64,000 bases of DNA from an uncultured cyanobacterium (GTDB lineage Bacteria; Cyanobacteriota; Cyanobacteriia; Pseudanabaenales; Pseudanabaenaceae), in NCBI GenBank assembly GCA_963703315.1, contig OY969811.1:960001-1024000 (forward strand). The letters run 5' to 3'. The notes beneath the pieces were generated by a model. That model was not told the DNA's origin and searched no databases. It saw only the letters and a list, made by a program, of their open reading frames with translations. Positions 52,278 to 62,268 of the stretch are shown here, in pieces; position 1 is the stretch's first letter, and every line of letters starts with the position of its first letter. Made by a program: the position numbers and the translations under genes.

Positions 52278-52661
52278 TCACTTATCCTGTTCTAAATACT
52301 TTTTACCCCAAAGATGCATGGCATCAAGGACAGGTTGTAAGGTTCTGCCCAAAGCTGTGAGGGAATATTCCACTTTGGGCGGTACTTGCATATAAACTTC
52401 ACGATGAACTAAACCATCCCGTTCCATTTCCCGCAATTGTTGAGTCAGCATTTTTTGGGTGATGCCGTGCAAATTACGATGCAATTCACCAAAGCGCTTT
52501 GTACCACTAAATAATTCATGCAAAATCAAAACTTTCCAGCGACCACCGATCGCCTCTAGGGTTGCTTCGACAGGACAACTAGGGCGATCGCTCTGGTACG
52601 CAGCGCTACAGTCTACTTCAGTCAGAGGTTCGAGAATAAAAGTATCCAGATATTTTTCCAT
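52278..52661 (-). CDS. HxlR (MarR/DUF24) family transcriptional regulator
   Basis: CPV..TL..IGG.WK and VPPKVEYSLT. Confidence 0.92.
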   Translation of the reverse strand: MEKYLDTFILEPLTEVDCSAAYQSDRPSCPVEATLEAIGGRWKVLILHELFSGTKRFGELHRNLHGITQKMLTQQLREMERDGLVHREVYMQVPPKVEYSLTALGRTLQPVLDAMHLWGKKYLEQDK

Positions 52662-52777
52662 AGTATCTTTTTGGTATGTACCTTACAAAAAAGTGCATAC
52701 TTTACTTAAAGAGTGTAAGTCAATTATAGTGATTTGCATACCTGATTTGTTAACAACCAACGCATTTGGACAAAATA

Positions 52778-53026
52778 ATGAGTGAATCCCCAAGTAATCC
52801 GAAGATCGTTGACAAAAAGCCTGTTGTTTTGGAACTTGAGCCAAAAACTTACTACTGGTGTACCTGTGGTGAATCAACCAATCAACCCTATTGTAACGGC
52901 GCACATAAAGGCACAGGATTTACTCCTCTTGCTTTTGAAGTAACAGAAACGAAGAAGGTTGCTCTTTGCCTATGCAAGCATACAGAGAGAGCACCATTCT
53001 GTGACGGTACACACACTAAGCTGTAA
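52778..53026 (+). CDS. CDGSH iron-sulfur domain protein (two motifs)
   Basis: WCTCG.S..QPYCNGAH and LC.CK.T...PFCDGTH. Confidence 0.92.
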   Translation: MSESPSNPKIVDKKPVVLELEPKTYYWCTCGESTNQPYCNGAHKGTGFTPLAFEVTETKKVALCLCKHTERAPFCDGTHTKL

Positions 53027-53042
53027 AAGACATTGTTTCAGT

Positions 53043-53149
53043 TAAGTACCTCGGCTTAATAAAACCAAGAACCCAAATAAGCGGAATCGCCCGCTTCGCG
53101 GGCGATTCCGCTTATTTGGGTTTTATATTTAATTATGCCTACCTACTTA
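53043..53149. mobile_element. Family A MITE shell (reverse orientation) with a different 25-bp central hairpin
   Basis: TAAGTACCTCGGCTTAAT ... GGGTTTTATATTTAATTATGCCTACCTACTTA; hairpin 53070-53122. Confidence 0.65.
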
Positions 53150-53225
53150 GCTGTGGTGAGGGCGAAGACCTTGCCACAACTAGATCCTAAAAATTTCTAT
53201 AAAGTTAATTCTCAGGAGAATCATT

Positions 53226-53924
53226 ATGCTTACTATTCGCAAATCAGAAGAAAGAGGTCATGCAAATCATGGTTGGCTTGATAGTTACCATACCTTCTCT
53301 TTTGCTAGTTATTACGATCCACAGCATATTGCTTTTCGCTCACTGCGGGTAATTAATCAAGACCAAATAGCTGGTGGGAAAGGATTTGGAACCCATCCCC
53401 ATCGTGATATGGAAATTATTACCTATATGCTCGATGGTGCTTTAGAACATAAAGACAGCATGGGCAATGGTTCTGTTATTCGGGTTGGTGATGTCCAAAG
53501 AATGAGCGCAGGTACTGGGATTACCCATAGCGAGTTTAATCCTTCGGCAACTGAAACTGCTCATTTATTGCAGATCTGGATTTTGCCAAATCAAGAAGGT
53601 GTGAAGCCTAGTTATGAGCAAATCTCTTTTACAAGAGAAGAGAAGCTTAACCAATTGCGACTAATTGCTTCGCCCGATGGACGCGATCGCTCGGTTACGA
53701 TTTACCAAGATGCCTATATCTATGCTTCGATTCTCGAAGATGGGGCAGAAGTGACGCATCTAGTCAATCAAAATCGCTATGCTTGGATACAGGTAGCTAG
53801 AGGTAGTGTATTAATAGGCGATCGCCTATTAACTGGTGGTGATGCGATCGCTAGCGATCAGGCTGGTGATTTAAAATTGATTGCTCAAGGTAGTGCTGAA
53901 GTTCTAGTATTTGATCTAGCTTAA
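53226..53924 (+). CDS. Pirin family protein (YhhW-like)
   Basis: HGWL.S.HTFSF, GFGTHPHRDMEI, MSAGTG..HSE and LQIW. Confidence 0.93.
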   Translation: MLTIRKSEERGHANHGWLDSYHTFSFASYYDPQHIAFRSLRVINQDQIAGGKGFGTHPHRDMEIITYMLDGALEHKDSMGNGSVIRVGDVQRMSAGTGITHSEFNPSATETAHLLQIWILPNQEGVKPSYEQISFTREEKLNQLRLIASPDGRDRSVTIYQDAYIYASILEDGAEVTHLVNQNRYAWIQVARGSVLIGDRLLTGGDAIASDQAGDLKLIAQGSAEVLVFDLA

Positions 53925-53970
53925 TTTATTTTAAAGAAGTGCGGCTAAGCCGCACTTCTTTAAAATAAAT
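53924..53970. terminator. Perfect 22-bp hairpin
   Basis: GCGGC-TAA-GCCGC tip, between the pirin gene and murG. Confidence 0.65.
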
Positions 53971-53998
53971 CGTAAAACATTTAGAGACTGAATAACCT

Positions 53999-55099
53999 GT
54001 GGGCGCAAGTAATCAAACTAATAGCAACAAACCAAAGATTGTGTTAACAGGTGGCGGCACGGGTGGTCATGTTAGCCCTAACCTTGCTTTAATCCCATCA
54101 CTTGAAGCTGATGGCTGGACAATTGAATATATTGGCTCTCAGGAAGGGATTGAGAAACAATTAGTCGCAGAGGTGGGGATTCCCTATCACGGTATTTCGT
54201 CAGGAAAGTTACGGCGTTATTTTTCTTGGCAGAATTTCATCGATCCTTTTAAAGTGATTAAAGGGATATTCGATGCTTATTTTGCGATCGCCAAAATCAA
54301 GCCTCAAGTAGTATTTTCTAAAGGTGGTTTTGTCACGGTTCCTGTGATTTTTGCGAGTTGGTTGCAACGGATTCCTGTAGTTATCCATGAGTCTGACTTC
54401 TCTTCGGGCTTAGCCAACCGCTTATCGATTCCCTTCGCCAAAAAAGTATGTGTGACATTTCCCGAAACGGTTAAGCATTTAGCGAAATATGCCAACAAGG
54501 TCAAGCATACAGGCTTACCCATCCGATCCGACATTCTCAAAGGTAATGCGGAAAAAGGTCGAGAATTTTGTGATTTTAATCAAGATTTACCAATTATATT
54601 TGTAGTTGGTGGTAGTACTGGTTCCGCTAAAATCAATCAAGCAGTACGTTCTATTTTAGATGTGCTTACGCAAAGCTATCAAGTAGTTCATGCCTGCGGT
54701 AAAGGAAATCTTGATATTAATCTAAAAGATTATCCAAACTATCAACAATTTGAATATTTGGGGAAAGAATTAGCCGATGTTTTAGCATCTGCTGATTTGG
54801 TTGTGTCGCGATCGGGGGCTAATGCTGTGTTTGAGTTTCTGACTTTACGCAAACCTAATTTATTGATTCCTCTATCCAAATTGTCTAGTCGCGGTGATCA
54901 GATTCTCAATGCGAAGTCTTTTCAATCTCGTGGTTATAGTGCCGTTCTCTTTGAAGAGGATCTGACTAGTGAGAGTTTATTAAAAGCGATCGCCGATCTC
55001 GATAGTCGGCGTGATGAGTACATTCAGAATATGCATCAAAGTGAAGATGCGAATGCGATCGCCCAAATTGTTACTTTACTCAAAGAATTTAAGCATTAG
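53999..55099 (+). CDS. murG: Undecaprenyl-PP-MurNAc-pentapeptide N-acetylglucosaminyltransferase
   Basis: GGGTGGHV, KGGFV..P, HESD...GLAN, GGS.GS, SRSGA and Q..NA. Confidence 0.93.
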   Translation: MGASNQTNSNKPKIVLTGGGTGGHVSPNLALIPSLEADGWTIEYIGSQEGIEKQLVAEVGIPYHGISSGKLRRYFSWQNFIDPFKVIKGIFDAYFAIAKIKPQVVFSKGGFVTVPVIFASWLQRIPVVIHESDFSSGLANRLSIPFAKKVCVTFPETVKHLAKYANKVKHTGLPIRSDILKGNAEKGREFCDFNQDLPIIFVVGGSTGSAKINQAVRSILDVLTQSYQVVHACGKGNLDINLKDYPNYQQFEYLGKELADVLASADLVVSRSGANAVFEFLTLRKPNLLIPLSKLSSRGDQILNAKSFQSRGYSAVLFEEDLTSESLLKAIADLDSRRDEYIQNMHQSEDANAIAQIVTLLKEFKH

Positions 55100-55168
55100 A
55101 GGGATGCACAGTAAAAGATTTTAGTGGCGCGGCGAAGCCGCGCCACTAAATATCTGGTTCTTTATAGT

Positions 55169-55507
55169 TCAAGAAATCCTTTCTATTTCCATTAAAATTC
55201 GATCAAAGATACTTCTTAAAGTTATTTTTTCAATAGGAACTATATTTGGCATTGCGTCTGGCTCACCCAAAGAATTACTGTCTAAGAAAAGGCAAGTCTC
55301 ATTATCGTCCATTAGCCATTCAACTTGTAATGATTCCTCGCGATCGCCTAATTCGCTTTGATGTCCCTCACGAAATTCCAGAACCACGTCTGACTTGTAG
55401 CCTTCAACAGGGATAAACGCAGTTAACTTAGCGTGATAGCGGAGGTCAAAATCAACAGGGTATCCAAGATTTATTAAAGCTTGCTCTACGAGAGCAAAGG
55501 TAGCCAT
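55169..55507 (-). CDS. Hypothetical protein
   Basis: 112-aa acidic ORF followed by a hairpin at 55120-55150. Confidence 0.55.
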   Translation of the reverse strand: MATFALVEQALINLGYPVDFDLRYHAKLTAFIPVEGYKSDVVLEFREGHQSELGDREESLQVEWLMDDNETCLFLDSNSLGEPDAMPNIVPIEKITLRSIFDRILMEIERIS

Positions 55508-55612
55508 ATTTCACTAAACCTATGTAAATACATACTAAAAGCTTAACATCGTGTGAGAGTATTTTTTCTTGTCAAAAATTCGTCTATAATTCTGTTGATA
55601 GCCTAACAAAAC

Positions 55613-55716
55613 TAAGTAGCTAAGCATAATTAAAAATCAAAACTAAAACCTGTGGCGCACGCTGTCCGTGCGCCACAGGTTGTGGGGTTTTATATTTAAT
55701 AGCGCCCAGCTACTTA
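55613..55716. mobile_element. Family A MITE, complete copy (104 bp)
   Basis: TAAGTAGCT...AGCTACTTA termini; central CCTGTGGCGCACG hairpin as at 7872 and 12080. Confidence 0.72.
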
Positions 55717-55772
55717 TCAGTCAAAATTATCAGTTGTTAATTCAGCGCAAAGCTTTATAAATTATCCCTTAA

Positions 55773-56489
55773 GTGACTATGGAAGTCTTGATTTTTTTTG
55801 CCACTCTTTGGGTGCTTTGGCTAATCAGTTCGCGTTGGTGGAAACGTCAGATTATTTTACCTTTGGCGATTATTGGACTAATTTATGTAATTATCACCTC
55901 TCCCGTCGGACTTACCCTAGTCAATCAAGGATTAACGTTTACAATTCCTCAAGACTCTGGTGAGAAAGTTGATGCAATCGTTGTTTTGGGAAGAGGTGCT
56001 TCACTGCGTCCTGAGCGGGTAGAATTAGCTGCTGAACTTTGGAAACAGGAACGCGCACCGATAATTTTTATTAGTGGGATGCTAGATGCAGAAGAAATAA
56101 TTGCAGACTTGCAAGGGTATGGAATTTCTAAATTGAAACTAAGTGGTGAACGTTGCTCTCAGAATACTGAAGAGAATGCTCAATATACGACAGCAGTGCT
56201 TTATCCTCAAGGCATTAAAAAAATCTTACTTATAACAGATTCGCCTCATATGCTGCGATCGCGAACCCTATTCCAAAATTATGGGTTTCAGGTTGTTTCT
56301 TACCAACTTCCTTTGACTGAACAATGGAGTGCTAATCAACAACTCATAGCTATGCTAAGAGAATATGCAGGTTTGATGAGTTATCATTGGCAAGGTCGTT
56401 TTCGCCAACGTACCCCAGACGAGATTACAAATCCATCGGAACAAGTTAAATATCGCCTAAAGGAATGGAATTGTTACCTAAAGTCCTAA
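55773..56489 (+). CDS. YdcF (DUF218) family protein
   Basis: DAIVVLG.G, S.NT.ENA and LITD..HMLRS. Confidence 0.88.
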   Translation: MTMEVLIFFATLWVLWLISSRWWKRQIILPLAIIGLIYVIITSPVGLTLVNQGLTFTIPQDSGEKVDAIVVLGRGASLRPERVELAAELWKQERAPIIFISGMLDAEEIIADLQGYGISKLKLSGERCSQNTEENAQYTTAVLYPQGIKKILLITDSPHMLRSRTLFQNYGFQVVSYQLPLTEQWSANQQLIAMLREYAGLMSYHWQGRFRQRTPDEITNPSEQVKYRLKEWNCYLKS

Positions 56490-56536
56490 TTAAAAACCTA
56501 TGGCGCACGCTGCGCGTGCGCCAGATACTAACTATC

Positions 56537-56564
56537 AAAACAAGGGGCTTAAGCCCCTTGTTTT
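56537..56564. terminator. Perfect 28-bp palindrome between convergent genes
   Basis: AAAACAAGGGGCTTAAGCCCCTTGTTTT; a family A remnant lies at 56489-56523. Confidence 0.65.
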
Positions 56565-56569
56565 AAGAA

Positions 56570-59137
56570 TTACCGCATTGATTCGCGATGGACTTTGACT
56601 AATTTAATTTCATCCTCTTCTATTAAATACTTATTCATCATGTAGACCACATACTCAGGCTTGAGATTGCTGTCGGGTTTACAACTACCCATAAAATGGA
56701 TGGTGGGCAGTTCAGGATCAGGATTGATCACGTTAATCGTAAAAATGCGATCGCGTAATTCAATCATTTGATCACGACCTGATTTGGACTTCTTCGGCAT
56801 TTGGATCGAAGTTGCCGCTAAGACGCAGTAACTGGCTCCCTCTAGTAAATCCATAATGTCCGCCGCATTGCGCTCTTTAGGCGTGATGAAAGCACAGGTA
56901 AGCGTATACTCAGCAACCTCTAGCATTGCATCTAAAGAAGGCGCATTTACAGGTACTTCCTCGATCGCATAGATCGGCAAGTCAGCATCTAGTTCTTCTT
57001 GGAAACGCTGTTGAAAATCCTCGACAGGAATTACCTTAGTTAGCTCAAAATCCACAAACTCAGCACTGCTAGTTTGACCAAGAGGCAAAGCCTTCGCGAT
57101 GGAAATGCGGGGTAATGGATTAAAGCCTTCCGTATGGGCAACGGGTAACGCCGCCCGCCTAGCCGCCCGTTGGAAGAATCGATAGAGATCCAAATGGGAA
57201 ATTAAACTCATGTCGCCAAGCTTGCCAAACTTGAGGCGAATACGCTGCACTCTTGGCGGCACGATCGGTTTCTCTAGGGAAATGGGTGGTACTTCGGGCG
57301 GTGGGATGACTTCATTATGTCCAAATTCAGGTCCACAGACACCACACTCTGAGCAACCACCAAAGGAACAATCGGGAATTACTTGCGCCGCGATCGCCCT
57401 TTCCCAATCTTCGATCAGCCATTGCTTATCAATCCCTGTATCAATGTGATCCCAAGGCAGAGGCTCGGACATTTTTAGTGATGGCGTATCCCAGACTAAA
57501 CCTGCTTCAGCGATCGCCTGCGTCCATGCCCCAAAAGCTTTCTCCGTATTCTCAAACCATGAGTCAAATCCTGCCCCCAGTTGCCATGCGCGATACAGCA
57601 CCTTACCAAGACGGCGATCGCCACGCCCGACAAAATCCTCCATCGCACTGATGCGAACCTCGGTATAGTTGACCTTCACGCCACTCAAGCGGCGAAACTC
57701 TTGACGTAATAATTTCTGCTTCCGCACAAATTCGCCACTAGAAACAGTATGCCACTGGAAAGGAGTATGGGGCTTGGGCGTGAAGTTAGAAATAGTCAAG
57801 TTAAAGGAAATCTTCTTCCGTCCCTTTTGCGAACATTCCTGTTGCAACCATTCCACTGTATTCACAATACCAATTACATCTTCATCGGTTTCTGTGGGTA
57901 AACCAATCATGAAATAGAGTTTGACCTTATCCCAACCTTCTGTATATGCAGTTTTAATCCCTTGCAATAGCTCATCATCAGTCAAGCCCTTATTAATCAC
58001 ATCCCGCAAGCGCTGTGTACCTGCCTCTGGTGCAAAGGTTAAGCCCTGTTGCCGACCATCACCACTACGCAGCATATGCGCTATGTTCTCATCAAAGCGA
58101 TCGACTCTTTGACTCGGCAATGAGAGGGTAACGTGTTCATCTTTAAAGCGATTCTTAATCTGGACTCCCACCGATGGCAAAGCAAGATAATCAGAACAAG
58201 AGAGGGAAAGTAAAGAGAACTCATTATAACCAGTTTCTCTGATTGCTTTCTCAATCGTATCGACCACTTTCTCTGGATCAACATCACGGGCAGGACGGGT
58301 CAGCATCCCCGGTTGGCAGAATCGACAGCCTCGCGTACAGCCGCGCCTGATTTCGATGGTTAAGCGATCGTGTACAGTTTCCACTAAAGGAACTAAGCCG
58401 ATACTATGCTCAGGCATGGGAGTGGCGACACGACGCAGGGCGCGAGGGGAAACATTACTACGATTGGGAGTGATTGCGCCTGTTTTCTCATCCATGTCGT
58501 AGAATTCGGGTACATAAACTCCATTTACCTCATTGGCAAGATCAAGAAGAGTTTCGCGGCGAGGTTTCCCTGCGAGTTTGGCAGCTTTAATGACTTCCCC
58601 AATTTCAGGCAATAACTCTTCACCATCACCAAGGGCAAAGAAATCGAAAAAGTCCGCATAGGGTTCGGGATTAGAAGTCGCCGTCTGTCCTCCTGCAAAG
58701 ATTAATGGACATTCTTCAATGCTTAATTCACTACGTTCTTGCCATGTCATCGGAATATTGGCAAGATCAAACATTTCGAGAACATTGGTTGCGCCTAGCT
58801 CATAGCTGAGACTAAAGCCTAAAATGTCAAATTCCCGCAGCGATCGCTTGGACTCCACGGCAAACAAATCCGTTTTAGTTTCGCGTAACTTTGTTGAGAG
58901 ATCAGATGCTGGTAAATAGGCGCGATCGCATAGCTGACCATCTTTAGAATTAATAATGCTGTAAAGGATGATATGCCCCAAGTTGGACGCACCTACCTCA
59001 TAGATTTCGGGATAGGTAAGCGACCAACGCACGATCGCCTGATCCCAAGGTTTATGCACTGCGCCAAACTCGTTGCCTAAATAACGAGCAGGTTTGAGGA
59101 TTTCGGAGTTAAGTAACTGTTCTACGGGTACAGGCAT
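56570..59137 (-). CDS. TIGR03960-like B12-binding radical SAM protein fused to a DUF2344-like domain
   Basis: KPARYLG.E, CTRGCRFC, APEAG..RLR and KPHTPFQW; C-terminal SHLD..R....A.RRA.LP...T.GF.P.P. Confidence 0.9.
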   Translation of the reverse strand: MPVPVEQLLNSEILKPARYLGNEFGAVHKPWDQAIVRWSLTYPEIYEVGASNLGHIILYSIINSKDGQLCDRAYLPASDLSTKLRETKTDLFAVESKRSLREFDILGFSLSYELGATNVLEMFDLANIPMTWQERSELSIEECPLIFAGGQTATSNPEPYADFFDFFALGDGEELLPEIGEVIKAAKLAGKPRRETLLDLANEVNGVYVPEFYDMDEKTGAITPNRSNVSPRALRRVATPMPEHSIGLVPLVETVHDRLTIEIRRGCTRGCRFCQPGMLTRPARDVDPEKVVDTIEKAIRETGYNEFSLLSLSCSDYLALPSVGVQIKNRFKDEHVTLSLPSQRVDRFDENIAHMLRSGDGRQQGLTFAPEAGTQRLRDVINKGLTDDELLQGIKTAYTEGWDKVKLYFMIGLPTETDEDVIGIVNTVEWLQQECSQKGRKKISFNLTISNFTPKPHTPFQWHTVSSGEFVRKQKLLRQEFRRLSGVKVNYTEVRISAMEDFVGRGDRRLGKVLYRAWQLGAGFDSWFENTEKAFGAWTQAIAEAGLVWDTPSLKMSEPLPWDHIDTGIDKQWLIEDWERAIAAQVIPDCSFGGCSECGVCGPEFGHNEVIPPPEVPPISLEKPIVPPRVQRIRLKFGKLGDMSLISHLDLYRFFQRAARRAALPVAHTEGFNPLPRISIAKALPLGQTSSAEFVDFELTKVIPVEDFQQRFQEELDADLPIYAIEEVPVNAPSLDAMLEVAEYTLTCAFITPKERNAADIMDLLEGASYCVLAATSIQMPKKSKSGRDQMIELRDRIFTINVINPDPELPTIHFMGSCKPDSNLKPEYVVYMMNKYLIEEDEIKLVKVHRESMR

Positions 59138-59176
59138 AGATGTTTTTCAAAATTTGATCTAGCTTTATTTTACATT
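59032..59176 (+). repeat. Direct repeat copy 1: functional 5' end and upstream region of the radical SAM gene
   Basis: Matches 63213-63357; 102/109 identical over 59032-59140, then looser. Confidence 0.92.
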
Positions 59177-59245
59177 GGCATAGACAAGAGGCTTAAGACC
59201 CTCGTTAATCAAAGGTTCACTAAGCTGTAATTGTATTCATTTCTC

Positions 59246-59812
59246 TTAAAATGTCACATCTTCATAAAGATCGGCAAATTTCCCTTCAAAGTTGATGCTC
59301 GACAATTGGAAACTGTCTTGCTCTCCAGAGTATGACTTCAAGAACCAAACACCTTCTTCGTTGCGGCGAAAACAATCAAGGCGTTGACGTTTGGTGTTGA
59401 CTAGAACATATTCTTCTAGAGTTTCTATTTGTTGATAATCAGCAAATTTGTCACCGCGATCAAATGCTTCTGTAGACTTTGATAGAACTTCGATAATTAG
59501 TTTAGGATATCTCTTTTGATTTTGTGATTGGATATCTCTAGGATCGCAAGTCACCATCACATCTGGATAATAAAAGCGGTTTAATGAATCGATTCTCGCT
59601 TTCATGTCAGAAATATAAACACGACAGCCTGATCCTCGTAAATGATTACGAATCATCATAAAAGCATTACTTGCGATCGTGACATGAGTATCGTTTGCGC
59701 CAGCCATTGCATAAACATATCCATCGATATATTCGTGTTTAATTGCGCTTTGTTCTTCCATTTCGAGATATTCGTCTGGAGTTATGTAATCAAATTTTGG
59801 TGTGGCAATCAT
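59246..59812 (-). CDS. Uma2 (DUF820) family endonuclease
   Basis: HEYIDG.VYAMAG, YPDVMV.C and IEVLS.ST.A.DRG.K. Confidence 0.9.
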   Translation of the reverse strand: MIATPKFDYITPDEYLEMEEQSAIKHEYIDGYVYAMAGANDTHVTIASNAFMMIRNHLRGSGCRVYISDMKARIDSLNRFYYPDVMVTCDPRDIQSQNQKRYPKLIIEVLSKSTEAFDRGDKFADYQQIETLEEYVLVNTKRQRLDCFRRNEEGVWFLKSYSGEQDSFQLSSINFEGKFADLYEDVTF

Positions 59813-59929
59813 ATTTAGTTACTTATAGTTTTTGATTAGTTATAGCTGTCGCCAGTCTTGTTAGAACATAAAACCAAAAAAGCAAGTGACTACAGCTATA
59901 TCTAAGAATAATGAAATCAGGGGCATAGC

Positions 59930-59983
59930 GCGATCGCCATATAGCGCTTTTAGCTCTCGATTGAGTTCGTTAAGTACTAGCAT
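59930..59983 (-). pseudogene. 5' relic of an MNT antitoxin gene, ending at HIP1
   Basis: MLVLNELNRELKALYGDR; 42/47 identical to 60614-60660. Confidence 0.7.
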
Positions 59984-59987
59984 AGTT

Positions 59988-60365
59988 TTATTGCTCATTC
60001 AAAATTTTCTCTACTTCGCCAATAAAATCTTTTGCTTTCTCTAAAAGCACTTCTGCTTCAGCTAATGTTCCCGTAAAGTCTGCATCATAGTCACTCAATT
60101 GTCTTAGCTCGTAAGCATCGCTTAATATTTTTGCCCATTCGGGAGAGAATTTTCCTGTCTTCACAAAATGCTGTCCAAATAGGCGAATTGTACCTTTATG
60201 TGTGGAAGTATCTAGGTTTTGGGATAGCAATAAAGCTTTGGTTGCGTAATATATGGAATAATAGGAACGCGAGAGGTAAGTGCGATAACGCTCACGCTCT
60301 AATAAAAGTTCTGCTATTTCTAGTTCTTCTAGAGATAAAGAAAATAGTTTTTTATGTTCGTTCAT
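59988..60365 (-). CDS. HEPN domain protein
   Basis: SR.YY..Y.A.KALL, TH.G and R..SDY; ATGA overlap with MNT. Confidence 0.88.
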   Translation of the reverse strand: MNEHKKLFSLSLEELEIAELLLERERYRTYLSRSYYSIYYATKALLLSQNLDTSTHKGTIRLFGQHFVKTGKFSPEWAKILSDAYELRQLSDYDADFTGTLAEAEVLLEKAKDFIGEVEKILNEQ

Positions 60366-60691
60366 AATTCAATTCCTTCTTTTCTAATATTTCTTAAAAA
60401 CTCAACATCTCTTTTGCTGAAGTCTTCTTCGGTGACAGGGATAATAGAGACAAGTTCATCACGTTCTAGTAATATTTTGACACGCAGGTTGGACATATAG
60501 GAGATCTCTTGTACTTGAGATACGGGGCTTTTGAGTACGGCTAGTAAGTCAATATCTGAGTCTGGAGTGGCTTCGCCTCTGGCGTGGGAACCAAATAGAA
60601 TTAATTTAACAAGGCGATCGCCATATAGTGCTTGCAACTCTCGCTTGAGTTCGTTAAGTATTGGAGTAATGCTCGTTAAAGTGGTAGTCAT
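60362..60691 (-). CDS. Minimal nucleotidyltransferase (MNT)
   Basis: LFGSHARGEA..DSDIDL motif. Confidence 0.9.
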   Translation of the reverse strand: MTTTLTSITPILNELKRELQALYGDRLVKLILFGSHARGEATPDSDIDLLAVLKSPVSQVQEISYMSNLRVKILLERDELVSIIPVTEEDFSKRDVEFLRNIRKEGIEL

Positions 60692-60868
60692 TTTCTAAGG
60701 AAAGTAACGATAAAATTCTTTGCGGTGTAATGTGCGGATGACTTCTACTGTGTTACCCGAAATTTCTATGCCAATGCGATAGTCACCTACTCGAATACGA
60801 TAACGGGTTGAATATCCTTGCATGGCTTTAATATTCGGTAGTTCCTGCAAGTTCTGAGCTTCAGGCAA

Positions 60869-62161
60869 TAGGGCAACCGCACACGTTTCTTAACAAACTA
60901 GCGAACATTTCTTAACGAGGAAAAAAGGGAGAAACGGGAGAATTGAGGATATTTAGAAAGATAAGTCCAAAATGCTAGCAACAGTCAGTCCCGTCGGATT
61001 AATCGAAACCCACTTTGGGAACTTGCAAGATCCCAGAGCAGCACACAGTATCCTGCATAAGCTACTCGACATATTGATAATCACGATTTGTGCAGTGATC
61101 TGTGGAGCCGATAACTTCGTAGCAATCGCCGAATATGGCAAAGAGAAAGAAGAATGGTTAAAGACATTTTTGGAATTAGCAAACGGCATACCGTCAGTAG
61201 ATACATTCGAGAGATTATTTGCGAGACTGAAGCCAGAAGCATTGCAAAAAAGCTTTATTAGCTGGATGGAAGCAGTCCATGAATCCACCGACGGAGAATT
61301 GATAAACATAGATGGCAAAACCCTGAGAGGAGCAAAGGAAGCAGGAAATTCGCGTAGTCTGATTCATATGGTGAGTGTGTGGTCAGCATCACAACATTTG
61401 GTATTGGGACAGCAAAAAGTGGACGAGAAATCCAATGAAATAACAGCGATTCCATCATTGCTAAAAATGTTAGCGATACGAGGTTGTGTGGTGAGCATAG
61501 ATGCAATGGGATGTCAGACCGAAATCGCGAAAACAATCATCGAAGAGGGAGCAGATTATGTGTTAGCACTGAAAGGCAATCAAGGTAATCTCCATAAAGA
61601 TGTGCGTGAACTATTTACCTCTGCACGAGAACAGAACTTCAAAAATATTGAACATCAGTTCTATGAAACGGTTGAGAAAGGACATGGGCGCATTGAAACT
61701 CGTCGCTATTGGACAATGGGTAATACCGAATACTTAATCGGTGCAGAGAAATGGATAGGTTTGAAAAGTATTGGTATGGTTGAATCAGAGCGCATTATAA
61801 ATGGAATTATTTCTACTGAGCAGCGATACTATCTGCTTAGTCTTGAGAGTGATGTCCACAGATTTTCCCAATCTGTCAGAAATCACTGGAGTATTGAAAA
61901 TCAACTACATTGGATTCTTGATGTTGGTTTTGGTGAAGATGCTTCGCAATCCTGCCGAGGCTATATTGCCGAAAACTTGGCTGTTATACGTCATATCAGT
62001 TTAAATTTGTTGTCAAGAGATAAAAACAGTAAGGTCGGTGTCAAGACAAAACGTCTTAAAGCTGGCTGGAACAACAACTATCTTAAGGATATCCTGAGTA
62101 CCTTAAACATAGTCGCTGTCTAAATCTCGTTAATTGTTAAGAAACGTGTGCGGTTGCCCTA
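60869..62161 (+). mobile_element. Complete ISAs1-family insertion sequence (1293 bp)
   Basis: Perfect 28-bp TIRs TAGGGCAACCGCACACGTTTCTTAACAA; 10-bp TSD CTTCAGGCAA at 60859-60868 and 62162-62171. Confidence 0.96.
60972..62123 (+). CDS. ISAs1 family DDE transposase
   Basis: DPR, IDGKTLRG, KSNEITAIP, DAMGCQ, HGRIETR and HW.IEN.LHW.LDV.F.ED. Confidence 0.95.
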   Translation: MLATVSPVGLIETHFGNLQDPRAAHSILHKLLDILIITICAVICGADNFVAIAEYGKEKEEWLKTFLELANGIPSVDTFERLFARLKPEALQKSFISWMEAVHESTDGELINIDGKTLRGAKEAGNSRSLIHMVSVWSASQHLVLGQQKVDEKSNEITAIPSLLKMLAIRGCVVSIDAMGCQTEIAKTIIEEGADYVLALKGNQGNLHKDVRELFTSAREQNFKNIEHQFYETVEKGHGRIETRRYWTMGNTEYLIGAEKWIGLKSIGMVESERIINGIISTEQRYYLLSLESDVHRFSQSVRNHWSIENQLHWILDVGFGEDASQSCRGYIAENLAVIRHISLNLLSRDKNSKVGVKTKRLKAGWNNNYLKDILSTLNIVAV

Positions 62162-62268
62162 CTTCAGGCAAGGTTGTAAAGGCAATTTCAGAGATGCGTT
62201 GATATACTGATGTGCCTTTCAGATTTTTGAGATCTTTCAAAAATGACTGACGATAATTCACTTCCATT

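Larger units (their letters stand above)
60695..62267 (-). pseudogene. RelE/ParE family toxin interrupted by ISAs1
   Basis: 62267-62162 MEVNYRQSFLKDLKNL...TLPE joined to 60858-60695 AQNLQELPNIK..YRIRVGDYRIG...HRKEFYRYFP gives an intact 89-aa frame after removing the IS and one TSD. Confidence 0.9.

Noticed and set aside
60953..61318. 121-aa - strand ORF in the IS
   Set aside because: Antisense shadow of the transposase.
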